Assembly (NCBI GenBank): GCA_044868005.1
Contig: JBIOVX010000157.1
Location: 8,257 to 72,256, forward strand
Length of the DNA stretch: 64,000 bases
Direction: 5' to 3'
Origin: Thermoanaerobaculia bacterium
Lineage (GTDB): Bacteria > Acidobacteriota > Thermoanaerobaculia > Multivoradales > UBA5704
Shown here: in pieces, positions 49,465-59,411 of the stretch
Layout: each line of letters starts with the position of its first letter
Position numbering within the stretch: position 1 is the first letter of the stretch
Made by a program: the position numbers and the translations under genes
The notes under the pieces: model-generated
What the model was told of the DNA's origin: nothing
The model's database searches: none
Seen by the model: the letters and a program-made list of their open reading frames with translations, nothing else

Positions 49465-51972
49465 ATGACCCTGAACCCGCGATTCCGCTTCGCCGCCGCA
49501 GCGCTCTGCCTGCTCCTCTTTCTCCCTGCCTCTTCCGTCCTCGCCGAGGACGGCGCCGGCCTCACCCTCGAGCAGATCATGGCCGATCCCGACTGGATCG
49601 GGAATCCGCCCGAGGACCCTTATTGGTCGGACGACGGCCACTCCATCTATTACGAGCGCGAGCGGGACGGGGTAGGACGAAACCCGAAGGACCTCTTCAA
49701 AGTCGATCTCGCGACGGGCAAGGCGGTGCGCATCGAGCCCGCGGACCGCGGCAAGGCGGACGCGCCGGGCGTCCGCAGCCTCGACCGCAAGAAGAAGGTC
49801 TGGGCGCGCCAAGGCGACGTCTTCGTCAAGGACCTGACGACGGGTTCCGTGCGGCAGATTACCCGCACGGCGGCCGAGGAAGCCGATCCTTTCTTCCTTG
49901 CCGACGGCAAGCGCGTCGGCTTCTACCGTGACAATCAGCCGTTCATCTACGACCTCGCCTCGGGCCTGCTCTCCCAGGCCGCCGATCTGCGCCCGGAAAA
50001 AGATCCGGCGGAGGAAGACGAGCCGAGCTATCTCAAGGCCCAGCAGACCCGCCTCTTCGACGTCATCCGCCAGCGCCAGGAGAAGGAGAAGCGGCAGCGC
50101 GAGGAGGAGCGCGCCGATCAGCAGGCCGATTCCACCCGGCCGCCGCTTCCCTGGTACCTGGGCAAGGAGGTGACGATCGAGGGGACCTTACTCTCACCCT
50201 CGGGCGACTGGCTGGCGGTGATCACGGCGCCGAAGCAGGGGGAGGGGGATCGCAAGCCGGCCAAGATGCCCACCTACGTCACCGAGAGCGGCGACGTGGA
50301 GACCCGCGAGGTCCGCGCCAAGGTGGGCGCCGAGAAACCGGTGCCGAGCTCGTTGATCCTCCTCGACCTGCGCAAGCACGAGCGGCACGACCTCGACCTC
50401 TCGGCCCTGCCCGGCGCCAAGGACGATCCCCTGAAGGCGTTGCGCGAAGCCGCCGAAGCCAAGAAAACCGCCGAGAAGAAGCTCAAGGAGCAGGAGGAGA
50501 AGAAGGAGGAGAGCGCGACGGCGGGCGGCGAGGAGAAGAAAGAGGAGGGCGATAAGGCTTCGGAGGAGGCGAAGGCCAAGGAGCCGGAGCTCCGCCCGCT
50601 GGAGGTGCTGAACCTCGTCTGGTCCGACGACGGCCGGCAGCTCGCCGCGGAGCTGCGCGCGCGCGACAACAAGGACCGCTGGATCGCCACCTTCGATCCC
50701 GCGCGCGGCGATCTCACCCCCCGCCACCGGCTGACCGATCCGGCCTGGATCAACTGGGACTTCAACGCGCTCGGCTGGCTGCGCGACAACGAGACGCTCT
50801 GGTTCCTCTCCGAAGAGAGCGGCTTCTCGCAGCTCTACGCGCTCTCGACCCGCACGGGCGAGCAGCGCCAGCTCTCGCCGCCGGGACGCTACGAGGTGGG
50901 TTCGCCCGTGGCGAGCTGGGACGGACGCTCGATCTACTACACCGCCAACCAGGAGCATCCCGGCAATTACGACGTCTGGCGGGTCGAAGTCGCGACGGCC
51001 AAGGCCGAGAAGCTCACGCGGCTCGGCGGCCTGACCACCTTTTTGCTGTCGCCGGACGAGAGCCAGCTCCTGCTCGTCCACTCCGGCATCGCCCGTCCGG
51101 ACGAGGTCTACGTGCAGCCCAACCGCGCCGGCGTCGAGGCGCGGCAGGTGACGCACACGCGCACGGAGACGTTCCTGGCGCAGAGCTGGACGATGCCCGA
51201 GATCGTGCCGATCCCCTCCGCTCACGGCGCTCCCGCTCCCATCTACTCGCGGGTCTACACGCCCGAGGGCTTCGATCCCTCCCGCACCTGGCCGGCCGTG
51301 GTCTTCGTCCACGGCGCCGGCTATCTGCAGAACGTTCACTACGGCTGGTCCAACTACTTCCGCGAGTTCATGTTCCACACCTTCCTCACGCGCCGCGGCT
51401 ACGTGGTGCTCGACATGGACTACCGCGCCTCCGCCGGCTACGGCCGCGACTGGCGCACGGCGATCTACCGGCAGATGGGCTATCCGGAGCTGGAGGACCT
51501 GCAGGACGGCGTCGCCTGGCTGGCGGCCAACAAGAGCGTGGACTCGAAGCGGGTGGGCGTCTATGGCGGCTCCTACGGCGGCTTCATGACCTACATGGCG
51601 CTCTTCCGGGCGCCGGACCTCTTCGCCGCCGGCGCGGCCCTGCGGCCGGTCACCGACTGGGCGCACTACAACGACGAGTACACCTCGAACATCCTCAACC
51701 GGCCGGAGATCGATCCGGAAGCCTACGAGAAAAGCTCGCCCATCGAGTACGCCGCGGGCCTCACCAAGCCGCTTCTCATCTGCGACGGCATGCTGGACTC
51801 GAACGTCTTCTTCCAGGACAACGTGCGCCTCGTGCAACGGTTGATCGAGCTGAAGAAGGAGGATTTCGAGATGGCGGTCTACCCCGTCGAAGACCACTCG
51901 TTCGTGCAGCCCACGAGCTGGCTCGACGAGTATCGCCGGGTCTTCAAGCTGTTCGAGCGGTATGTGAGGTAG
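49465..51972 (+). CDS. S9-family serine peptidase (DPP/prolyl oligopeptidase type)
   Basis: It has a signal peptide, a beta-propeller region, and a C-terminal hydrolase domain with GVYGGSYGGFM (GxSxG), D...DSNV and EDHSF. A Lys/Glu-rich insert (KKTAEKKLKEQEEKKEE...) is present. Confidence 0.85.
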   Translation: MTLNPRFRFAAAALCLLLFLPASSVLAEDGAGLTLEQIMADPDWIGNPPEDPYWSDDGHSIYYERERDGVGRNPKDLFKVDLATGKAVRIEPADRGKADAPGVRSLDRKKKVWARQGDVFVKDLTTGSVRQITRTAAEEADPFFLADGKRVGFYRDNQPFIYDLASGLLSQAADLRPEKDPAEEDEPSYLKAQQTRLFDVIRQRQEKEKRQREEERADQQADSTRPPLPWYLGKEVTIEGTLLSPSGDWLAVITAPKQGEGDRKPAKMPTYVTESGDVETREVRAKVGAEKPVPSSLILLDLRKHERHDLDLSALPGAKDDPLKALREAAEAKKTAEKKLKEQEEKKEESATAGGEEKKEEGDKASEEAKAKEPELRPLEVLNLVWSDDGRQLAAELRARDNKDRWIATFDPARGDLTPRHRLTDPAWINWDFNALGWLRDNETLWFLSEESGFSQLYALSTRTGEQRQLSPPGRYEVGSPVASWDGRSIYYTANQEHPGNYDVWRVEVATAKAEKLTRLGGLTTFLLSPDESQLLLVHSGIARPDEVYVQPNRAGVEARQVTHTRTETFLAQSWTMPEIVPIPSAHGAPAPIYSRVYTPEGFDPSRTWPAVVFVHGAGYLQNVHYGWSNYFREFMFHTFLTRRGYVVLDMDYRASAGYGRDWRTAIYRQMGYPELEDLQDGVAWLAANKSVDSKRVGVYGGSYGGFMTYMALFRAPDLFAAGAALRPVTDWAHYNDEYTSNILNRPEIDPEAYEKSSPIEYAAGLTKPLLICDGMLDSNVFFQDNVRLVQRLIELKKEDFEMAVYPVEDHSFVQPTSWLDEYRRVFKLFERYVR

Positions 51973-52039
51973 ATCCTCGCCAGTATAAGATTCGCTGGAA
52001 TCCGGGATAACCCTGCCCGCCCGCGCGGAGAGCAGGATC

Positions 52040-52582
52040 ATGGTCGACGCAGACGACGCCAGGATCAGCGACGAGACGTTGATCGGCCGGGTCGCGGCCG
52101 GGGATCGCTCCGCCTTCGAGCGCCTGGTCAGGCGCCATCACGCCATGGTGTATCGGTTCGCGCGGGCCGCCGCGCCGGAAGAGATCGATCCCGAGGAGAT
52201 CCTGCGCGAGACCTTTCTCTTCGCCCGTCGCGGCGCCGGCCGCTATCGTGACGAGCCTTCGGGCCGCTCCTGGCTCCTCGCCTTCGCCCGGCGGGCTATC
52301 GACGGACGATCCCTGCGGCGCAACTCCGGTTCGGCATCTCTGGGCGAGTTGGCGCGGACGGCGGCTCGGCGAGGCTGTCCCGCCTGGGAGGGCACCGCCG
52401 CCGCCCTGGCGGCGCTGCCGGCCGAGGACCGCGAGATCCTTACCCTCTATGAACGCGAGCTCCTCACGCTGGAAGAGGTGGCGCGGGTCATCGGCATCAC
52501 CGATGCGGCTCTGCGGACGCGGCTCCACCGGGCGCGCTTGCGGCTGCTGGCGGAGCTCAAGGGAAACGTCCGTGGAGGATGA
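52040..52582 (+). CDS. ECF-type RNA polymerase sigma factor
   Basis: Region 2 is FERLVRRHHAMVYRFA. Region 4 is LPAEDREILTLYERELLTLEEVARVIGITDAALRTRLHRARLRL. Confidence 0.9.
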   Translation: MVDADDARISDETLIGRVAAGDRSAFERLVRRHHAMVYRFARAAAPEEIDPEEILRETFLFARRGAGRYRDEPSGRSWLLAFARRAIDGRSLRRNSGSASLGELARTAARRGCPAWEGTAAALAALPAEDREILTLYERELLTLEEVARVIGITDAALRTRLHRARLRLLAELKGNVRGG

Positions 52583-52838
52583 ACGGATCGTCGCCGGCCT
52601 GCACTGCGGCGAAGTGCTGGCGGATCTGACCGAGCACCTCGACGGCCGGCTGAGCCCGCAGCGGACATTCCGCATCGGCGAGCACCTGCACGGCTGCGAC
52701 GACTGCCAGCGGCTCGCCGAGGAGATCTCGGCCGTCGTGGGCGCGCTTCGCGGTCTGCCGGAGGAACCGTTGCCGCCGGAAGTCGAAGCGCGCCTGCTCG
52801 CCGGCCTCGATTCCGCGGAGGACGGAACGCATGGCTGA
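52572..52838 (+). CDS. Zinc-finger (ZAS, H-x3-C-x2-C) anti-sigma factor, short and apparently soluble
   Basis: A GTG at 52572 overlaps the sigma stop by 11 nt. The motif HLHGCDDC is present. The protein is 88 aa with no TM helix. Confidence 0.7.
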   Translation: MEDERIVAGLHCGEVLADLTEHLDGRLSPQRTFRIGEHLHGCDDCQRLAEEISAVVGALRGLPEEPLPPEVEARLLAGLDSAEDGTHG

Positions 52839-53286
52839 CCTCGAGATCCGCTCGGCCGTGCCGGCAGACGCGCCGGCGATCGTCGAGTTTCAGATCCTCA
52901 TGGCACGTGAGACCGAGGATCTGGAGCTCGACCGCGAGACCATCACGGGGGGCGTCGGCGCCGTCTTTGCCGATCCCGCCAAGGGAACCTACTGGCTCGC
53001 CGAGCGCGACGGCCGCATCGCCGGCTGCCTGCTCACGACCTACGAATGGAGCGACTGGCGCAACGGCACCGTGCTCTGGATTCAATCGGTGTACGTCCCA
53101 CCCGAGCAGCGCGGCCACGGCATCTACCGCGCGCTGTACGAGCATCTGAAGCGTCGGGTCGAGCTTGAACCTGGCCTCAAAGGCATTCGTCTCTACGTCG
53201 ACCGGCGCAACGCCGTGGCGCAGCGGGTATACGCACGGCTGGGGATGACCCGGGAGCACTATGATCTGTTTGAATGGATGAAGTAG
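52831..53286 (+). CDS. GNAT-family N-acetyltransferase
   Basis: IQSVYVPPEQRGHGIYRALYEHLKRRV is an acetyl-CoA-binding motif A-like segment. The gene overlaps the anti-sigma stop by 8 nt. Confidence 0.85.
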   Translation: MADLEIRSAVPADAPAIVEFQILMARETEDLELDRETITGGVGAVFADPAKGTYWLAERDGRIAGCLLTTYEWSDWRNGTVLWIQSVYVPPEQRGHGIYRALYEHLKRRVELEPGLKGIRLYVDRRNAVAQRVYARLGMTREHYDLFEWMK

Positions 53287-56200
53287 GCGCGCCTTCCCCT
53301 CTCCCCCGCACCCGCAGGCGACGCCTGCGCCGGATCGCCTGGATCGCCGTCCTGGTCCTGGTGGTCTTGCCGGCGCTGACCGTCCTCTCGATCTTGGCCG
53401 CGCTGCGGGCGGCGGGCGTGCGCCAGGCCATCCTCGGCCGCATCTCCTCTCTGCTGGCGGAGGACTACGGGCTCGCGGTCACGGCGCGGGACTTCTCTCC
53501 TCTCTGGCGGCGCAGCGGTATCGAGCTCCACGATGTCCGGCTGGGCGCGCCGCGCGCGGCACCGATCGTCCATGCCCGGCGGGTGTGGCTTGAAATCGAT
53601 CTCGGCACCTTGCGAGACCGGCCGCTGGTGGTGAGATCGCTGGACGCCGACGGCCTGCTCGTCGATCTCAAGGCGCCATTGCCCAAGCTCCCCGAGTCCA
53701 CTCCGGAGGAAGCCGGCGCCGGACCGCCGGTAGAGATCTTGCGGATCGCTCTTCGCAATTCCGAGGTTCGGGGCGCCGCCCTGGCCAAGCCCGCATCGGA
53801 CTGGCTGCGGAGCTGGAACGCCCAAGGCATTGACGCCCGAGGCTCGTACCGCGGCGGCCGGCTGGAACTGGAGGTCGAACGGGGGAAGGCGATCCTCGAC
53901 AGGCCGGGGTTCGGCCTTCAGGAGCTGCATCTCGCGGGCCGCATCGGCCACGAGGAGAAGAAGCCGCTCCGCATCGACGGCCTGACGGTGACCGGCGACG
54001 GCCTGCGCCTGGCCGCCTCTGGAATCGTCGGGCTGGAAGAAGGCTCCCCTACCGCCGCCCGCTTCGACCTCTACGCCGAGCCGCGCGCCATCGCGTCTGG
54101 CCTGCCTGCTCGCGGACAGATCAGGGCGATCGGACGGATGGCGCTGCCGGAGATCTCGGGCCAACTGAGGATCATGGCGACGGAGATTCCGGCCGAAGCG
54201 CTGCGGCCTTATCTCGATCCCAAGCTGTACGCCGATCTCGCCCTGGCCGGCACCGTGGCGGACGTGAAAGCGGACGCGACAGTGGGTCCGGGAGACTGGA
54301 ACCGGATCGCCGGAAAAACGGAGCTGACTTGGAACCGCGGCGGCCGGCGCCTGGCCCGCGCCGAGGCTCGCCTGTCTCCGGGCGACACCGCGACTCCCAT
54401 CGTCGCCAACTTGACGGCGGAGATCCTGCCGGCCTCTCCCGGCCGCCGGTTCATCCAAGGCACGGTGCGCGTTGCGAGCTGGCAGGAGTTGGCTCGCGCC
54501 ACGGCCGAAGGCGTGCGGGCCGAGATCCGTCTCCCCGACGTGCGCGCCGCCTTGGCGGAGGTCCGCTCGCTGTGGCCGCGCCTAGTGCCGGCCGTACCTC
54601 CGGGGATGCCGCTCCAAGGATCGCTGAATGCGAACGCTCGCCTATCGGGTCCCCTGACCACGCCCGAAGCCGTTATCGATGCCACGTGGCTGCCCCGGGC
54701 CGGCTCCCGCGTACAAGTCGCGGCGAAGGGCAGGCCCGACACCTGGAGCGGCTCGGCCAAAGTGGAGACGGAAAATCTGCCGCTGGAGATGCTCGGCGCC
54801 ATGGCGCCCGGCCTCGCCGGCAGCGTCACCGGCACGGCGGAGCTCTCCGGTTCCCCTCGCGGCTATCTCGTCCGCCTCGCGACCACGACGGCGGCCGTAG
54901 CGTTTCCGCCCCAGCTCCAGCGTCTGGAGAGCGCAACGGTGAGCGCCGATGGGACGCTGACCCTGCAGCCATTGTCCTATCGCGGAATCCTTTCCCTCGA
55001 CGGCTCCGGTTTGATCGCTTCACCCAACGCTTCTTCGACAGCTCAGATCGCGCAGTTCGATCTCGACTTGGACGGCGTCCTAAAAGGCTCGCCTTTGCGG
55101 TGGGACGGCAAGGTGACGCTCACCGGCGAGAACGCCGAGATGCAGGGAACCGGCCGAGCGGATCGCTTCGCGGCCGCGGGAGACGGCGCCCTGCAGCTCG
55201 AGCCGCTCGCATACAGCGGAACGCTGACGCTGGACGCGGGTCAGGTTGCCCTGACAGAGCAGGACTTGGAGATCCAGGACCTTCACCTGGAGGCCGCCGG
55301 GGACCACCGCGAGATTCGCCTCTCCGCTCTCTCCGGCGAGCTTCCGGAAGGCCGCACTTTCAACGCTTCCGGACGGATCGTCACCAAGCCGCTGCTCGCC
55401 GAGGCCGATCTCGATCTCCAACTCGTCAAGCCGGTGGACGCCGTCCCAGCCGTCGATCTCACCGCGAAATTGCGCGATGGGCTCGTCGAGGTGGAGGCGC
55501 CGCGCATCGACACCGCCTCCGGCCCGGGAAGCCTGCACGCGCAGATTCCCCTGGAGGCGCTGCGCGCGGTGCCACAGCTCGTCTCGATTCTCGAATCGTT
55601 GCCCGGCGAGAAGGCGCGGGGACCGGTCTCCCTCTCCTTCTCGTTCCCGGAGCTCGACTCCGAGCCTCTGCTCGCGGCTCTGGGGATGGAGCCCAGGCCC
55701 GAGCGGCTGCGGGCCGGGGTGAGCGCCGATCTCTCCCTGGATCTCGCCTCGCCCGCGGCCGGCAGCGGAGAGGTACGCCTCTCCGGCCTGACCGTCGAGA
55801 CCCCGGACGGCCGCATCGCCGCCGAGACTCCCGCCGTGCTCCGCCTGGCCGGCGGCAGGCTCGACCTTGCGCCCGTCCATCTGCGGATCGACGGCGGCTC
55901 GATCCAGGGAGCGGGGATCGATCTCGCGGCGAGCGCAGAGCTGGTGCCTTCATGGAAACCGTTCGATGACCCGGTCACGGCGGCGGTCTCACGGCTCTCG
56001 GCCGAGGGCAACGGTACGCTCGACGCCGCGCTCCTCAATCCCTATCTGCAAGGCGGCGTGGCCGAGGGCTCGCTCCTCTTCTCGGCCAAGGCCTCGGGCA
56101 CGCTGGACCGTCTCGCCGCCGAGGTGCGGGCGAGCGGCCCCGGAGCCTCCTTCGTCTGGCCGGCGGCGGCCGTCCGCGTCAGCGATCCGCGGCTGGCCCT

Positions 56201-59200
56201 CGACCTGCGCGATAGCCGCTGGACGATCCGCGAGGGGCGGATGGGCGTCAACGCCGGCACGGTGGAGCTCGCGGGAGGTCTCTCGCCCGGCGGAGCCCTG
56301 GACGTGGAGGCGCAGCTCGCGGGCGTCCACTACCGTCTGGACTACGGGATCGAGACCATGCTCTCCGGCCGCCTCAACCTCCAGTCTGCTCCCGATGAGC
56401 GCACCCGCCTTTCCGGCAAGGTGAGCGTGGATCGCGGCGTGCTCAACCGGGATCTCAATCTGGACCGCGAGGTCTTGGCGCTCCTCTTCAAGCCGCCGGA
56501 GGTTCCCAGCACGGAAGAGAGCGCGCTGGCCGCCGTGGACCTGGACCTCGAGATCGAGACGCGCGAGGGTGTGCGGATCAAGAACAACGTTGCCGATCTG
56601 CGGGCTTCCTGGCGCCAGCTCGAGGTCGGCGGCACGCTGGAGACGCCGGTGATCCGCGGGCGCATCGAGCTCGATCCCGAAGGCCGCTTCTACGCTTACG
56701 GCCAGACGGTGCGGATCGACCGCGGCTCGCTGCTGTTCACCGGCGACCCTCTGACCGATCCGCAGATCGATCTGGTCACCACCTCGTCCCTCCAGGATCC
56801 GACGATCGGGCAGTTGCGGGGCGCCGGCCCGCTCGACCTGCTGGCGCGCCCTCAGGACGACGACGAGAAAGAGGGGCCTGGGACCTCGGAGGTGCTGGCC
56901 GCCGGGCTCTCGGGTTACTACGGCCACCGCGTGTTCCAGCGCCTCGGCGAGTCGCTCGGCCTCGGCAACGTGTCGGTGGTGCCGGATCTGGAGAACGATC
57001 CCACCGCGCGCCTGATCGTGGGTCGCGATCTCTCGACGAGCGTCTCCCTCGCCCTCTCGATGGACCTGCGCAACGTCGAGCGGCAGACCTACTTGGTCGA
57101 CCTCCACGAGCTTCCTTCTCTGCCGGGGCTGCGCGTCGAAGGCTTCACCAACGACTCCGGGAGCGAAGGCGCCAACCTCCAGCAGTCGCTCGACTTCGGC
57201 GGCGGCGAGCCGCGACGGCGCGAGACTGGTCCGCGGCTTCGCCGGCTGGTGATCGAAACACCGAAAGGCGTCTCCCGCCGCGAGATCCGCCGTGCTGCCG
57301 GCCTGGAGAAAAAGGCGCCGGTACCGGAGGGGACGGCCTTCGCCGTCGAGGTCAACGTGGCCGACTTCCTGCGCCGCAAGCGATACCCGGATCCACGCGT
57401 CGAAGTCGCGGTGCAGCCTGTCGAGTCGCGGCCCGGCTGGGTGGACGTGAAGATCGCCGTGCAGCCGGGTCCCCGCGCGTCCTTCGTCTTCGCGGGAGAC
57501 CGGCCGCCCCGGGCTCTGCGGCCGGAGATCACCGCCCTCTATCGGACCGACTTCTATGAGCCCACCTCGATCGAGGAGATGCGTCAGGAGGCGGTGCGCG
57601 TCTTTCGCAGCCTCGGCCATCTCGATCCGCAGGTGGAGATCGAGATCCGAAAGGAGCGCCCGGAGGATCCTGCCGGCCCGAGAACGGTCACGGTCACGAC
57701 GAAGGCCGGTCCCCGGCAGACGCTGCGGGAGCTCGAGATCGCAGGATTGCCGCCGGAGGAGGAGCGCCTGGCGGCCGGCGCTTTCCCCAGCCTGCTTGCC
57801 CGCGTCGAGCTCGCCGCCGCCCTGCCGGATGCCGACGCCCGCCTGCTCAACCTGTTGCGGGGTCTCGGCTTTCCCCGAGCCCGGATCGCCGGCCGAGCCG
57901 TCGCAGCGGACGGTTCCCGGCTGGCCGTGGACGTCGAGCCCGGCCCGCGGCAGATCGTGTCGGCGGTGCGACTCACCGGATTGGAGGAGGAAAAAGAGGA
58001 GCGGCAGCGGCTCCAGTCAATGCTCCCCGTGCGTGCCGGAGATCCCGCTCGCATGGATCGCGTCGCGCAGGGGAAGCTGCTCCTGGAGGGCGACCTCCGC
58101 GACCGCGGCTACGCCGACGCGACCGTCCGATTCTCCGTGGTGCCCGCGGCCGGACGGCCGGACGACATCGAGGTGGTTTACGAAGTCACAACCGGCGAGC
58201 GATACCGGCTGGCCGGCGTCGAGATTGAAGGCGAGCGCTGGTCCAAGCCGGCGCCCATGCGGCGCCAGGCGGGTCTCGCCGCCGGCGAGCCCTTCACCGA
58301 GGCCGGCGTCGAGGAGGCCCGCAACCGGCTGTTCAGCACCGGCGTCTTCTCCCAGGTGGACACGACGGTGGAAAAGAAGGATGGCGAGGCCAAGGTCTCC
58401 TTCTCGCTCGCCGAGCGCCCGCGCTTCCATCTGGGCTACGGTGCACGCTGGGAGAGCGAAGAGGGAACCGCCGCCGTTCTCGATTTCGTCGACCGGAACT
58501 TCCTCGGCCGCGCCCTGGCCCTCGGCCTGCGCGGCCTCTACCAGTCCGACGACCGGAGCGGCCGGCTCTACCTGTACACCGGCGGCGTCCTGGGCACTCA
58601 GATCTCCTTCGACGGCTACGCCGAGTCCCGCCGGCGTCTCTTCACCGAGGACAATTTGGCGGAGGACCGGCTCGAGGTGGCGCTCCAAGCCAGCCGACCG
58701 CTCGGCGAATCCGCCACCGCGCGGATCTACGCCCGCCACCGCACCACCCATCTCTTCGAGATCGAACCGAACGAGTTCTTCCCGATCGACCTGAAGCTCA
58801 CCCTCCCTTACGTGGGCGCGCAACTCCAGTACGACACGCGAGACGACGACATCGATCCCAGATCCGGACTTCTCGCCAGCGCCGACCTCTCCGGGAGTGG
58901 CGACTTCCTGGGCAGCGATTTTCAATACCTCCGCCTGTTCGCTCAGACGATGTCGTTCCGGGATATCTCGTTTGCCGGCCGGCCCGGGACTTGGGCGCAG
59001 GCGGTGCGGGTGGGGCTCGCTCATTCATTCGGCGAGGATCTCGTCCCGGACGAGCGGTTCCGCGCTGGCGGCCCATATTCGGTACGCGGCTACGAGCGGG
59101 AGAGCCTGGGGCCGCAGCAATTCCTTGGCGGCACGGTCCTGGCGACCGGGGGGGAGGCGCTGCTCGTCATCAACGAGGAGCTGCGGTTCGCCCTGCCCTG

Positions 59201-59408
59201 GGATCTGACCGGCCTCGCCTTCTTCGACGCGGGCCAGGTGTGGGCGCGGCCAGGTGACGCGGACTTCGATCTGGCGAAATCGGTGGGATTGGGATTGCGG
59301 GCGCGCTCTCCCGTCGGCCTGCTGCGGCTCGACGCGGCCTATCCTCTCGATCGGCGGCGCGGAGAGCCGCGCTACAAGCTCTATCTCGGCTTCGGCAACG
59401 CCTTCTGA
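53274..59408 (+). CDS. Fusion protein: TamB-like (signal-anchor plus DUF490-type C-terminus) joined to POTRA repeats and an Omp85/TamA-type beta-barrel, 2044 aa
   Basis: The N-terminal anchor is RRIAWIAVLVLVVLPALTVLSILAAL. A long repetitive beta-rich region follows. A DUF490-like stretch reads GTLETPVIRGRIELDPEGRFYAYGQTVRIDRGSLLFTGDPLTDPQIDLV. From about nt 57200 there are POTRA-like repeats and a barrel (RFRAGGPYSVRGYERESLGP...LRLDAAYPL...YKLYLGFGNAF, with a terminal Phe). There is no stop codon or frame change in the window sequence. Confidence 0.8.
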   Translation: MDEVGAPSPLPRTRRRRLRRIAWIAVLVLVVLPALTVLSILAALRAAGVRQAILGRISSLLAEDYGLAVTARDFSPLWRRSGIELHDVRLGAPRAAPIVHARRVWLEIDLGTLRDRPLVVRSLDADGLLVDLKAPLPKLPESTPEEAGAGPPVEILRIALRNSEVRGAALAKPASDWLRSWNAQGIDARGSYRGGRLELEVERGKAILDRPGFGLQELHLAGRIGHEEKKPLRIDGLTVTGDGLRLAASGIVGLEEGSPTAARFDLYAEPRAIASGLPARGQIRAIGRMALPEISGQLRIMATEIPAEALRPYLDPKLYADLALAGTVADVKADATVGPGDWNRIAGKTELTWNRGGRRLARAEARLSPGDTATPIVANLTAEILPASPGRRFIQGTVRVASWQELARATAEGVRAEIRLPDVRAALAEVRSLWPRLVPAVPPGMPLQGSLNANARLSGPLTTPEAVIDATWLPRAGSRVQVAAKGRPDTWSGSAKVETENLPLEMLGAMAPGLAGSVTGTAELSGSPRGYLVRLATTTAAVAFPPQLQRLESATVSADGTLTLQPLSYRGILSLDGSGLIASPNASSTAQIAQFDLDLDGVLKGSPLRWDGKVTLTGENAEMQGTGRADRFAAAGDGALQLEPLAYSGTLTLDAGQVALTEQDLEIQDLHLEAAGDHREIRLSALSGELPEGRTFNASGRIVTKPLLAEADLDLQLVKPVDAVPAVDLTAKLRDGLVEVEAPRIDTASGPGSLHAQIPLEALRAVPQLVSILESLPGEKARGPVSLSFSFPELDSEPLLAALGMEPRPERLRAGVSADLSLDLASPAAGSGEVRLSGLTVETPDGRIAAETPAVLRLAGGRLDLAPVHLRIDGGSIQGAGIDLAASAELVPSWKPFDDPVTAAVSRLSAEGNGTLDAALLNPYLQGGVAEGSLLFSAKASGTLDRLAAEVRASGPGASFVWPAAAVRVSDPRLALDLRDSRWTIREGRMGVNAGTVELAGGLSPGGALDVEAQLAGVHYRLDYGIETMLSGRLNLQSAPDERTRLSGKVSVDRGVLNRDLNLDREVLALLFKPPEVPSTEESALAAVDLDLEIETREGVRIKNNVADLRASWRQLEVGGTLETPVIRGRIELDPEGRFYAYGQTVRIDRGSLLFTGDPLTDPQIDLVTTSSLQDPTIGQLRGAGPLDLLARPQDDDEKEGPGTSEVLAAGLSGYYGHRVFQRLGESLGLGNVSVVPDLENDPTARLIVGRDLSTSVSLALSMDLRNVERQTYLVDLHELPSLPGLRVEGFTNDSGSEGANLQQSLDFGGGEPRRRETGPRLRRLVIETPKGVSRREIRRAAGLEKKAPVPEGTAFAVEVNVADFLRRKRYPDPRVEVAVQPVESRPGWVDVKIAVQPGPRASFVFAGDRPPRALRPEITALYRTDFYEPTSIEEMRQEAVRVFRSLGHLDPQVEIEIRKERPEDPAGPRTVTVTTKAGPRQTLRELEIAGLPPEEERLAAGAFPSLLARVELAAALPDADARLLNLLRGLGFPRARIAGRAVAADGSRLAVDVEPGPRQIVSAVRLTGLEEEKEERQRLQSMLPVRAGDPARMDRVAQGKLLLEGDLRDRGYADATVRFSVVPAAGRPDDIEVVYEVTTGERYRLAGVEIEGERWSKPAPMRRQAGLAAGEPFTEAGVEEARNRLFSTGVFSQVDTTVEKKDGEAKVSFSLAERPRFHLGYGARWESEEGTAAVLDFVDRNFLGRALALGLRGLYQSDDRSGRLYLYTGGVLGTQISFDGYAESRRRLFTEDNLAEDRLEVALQASRPLGESATARIYARHRTTHLFEIEPNEFFPIDLKLTLPYVGAQLQYDTRDDDIDPRSGLLASADLSGSGDFLGSDFQYLRLFAQTMSFRDISFAGRPGTWAQAVRVGLAHSFGEDLVPDERFRAGGPYSVRGYERESLGPQQFLGGTVLATGGEALLVINEELRFALPWDLTGLAFFDAGQVWARPGDADFDLAKSVGLGLRARSPVGLLRLDAAYPLDRRRGEPRYKLYLGFGNAF

Positions 59409-59411
59409 CCG

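Noticed and set aside
50440-50580. The Lys/Glu-rich insert in the S9 peptidase as a separate feature or mobile insertion.
   Set aside because: It is in frame, has no flanking repeats, and is consistent with a low-complexity surface loop in the propeller region. I did not consider it noteworthy on its own.
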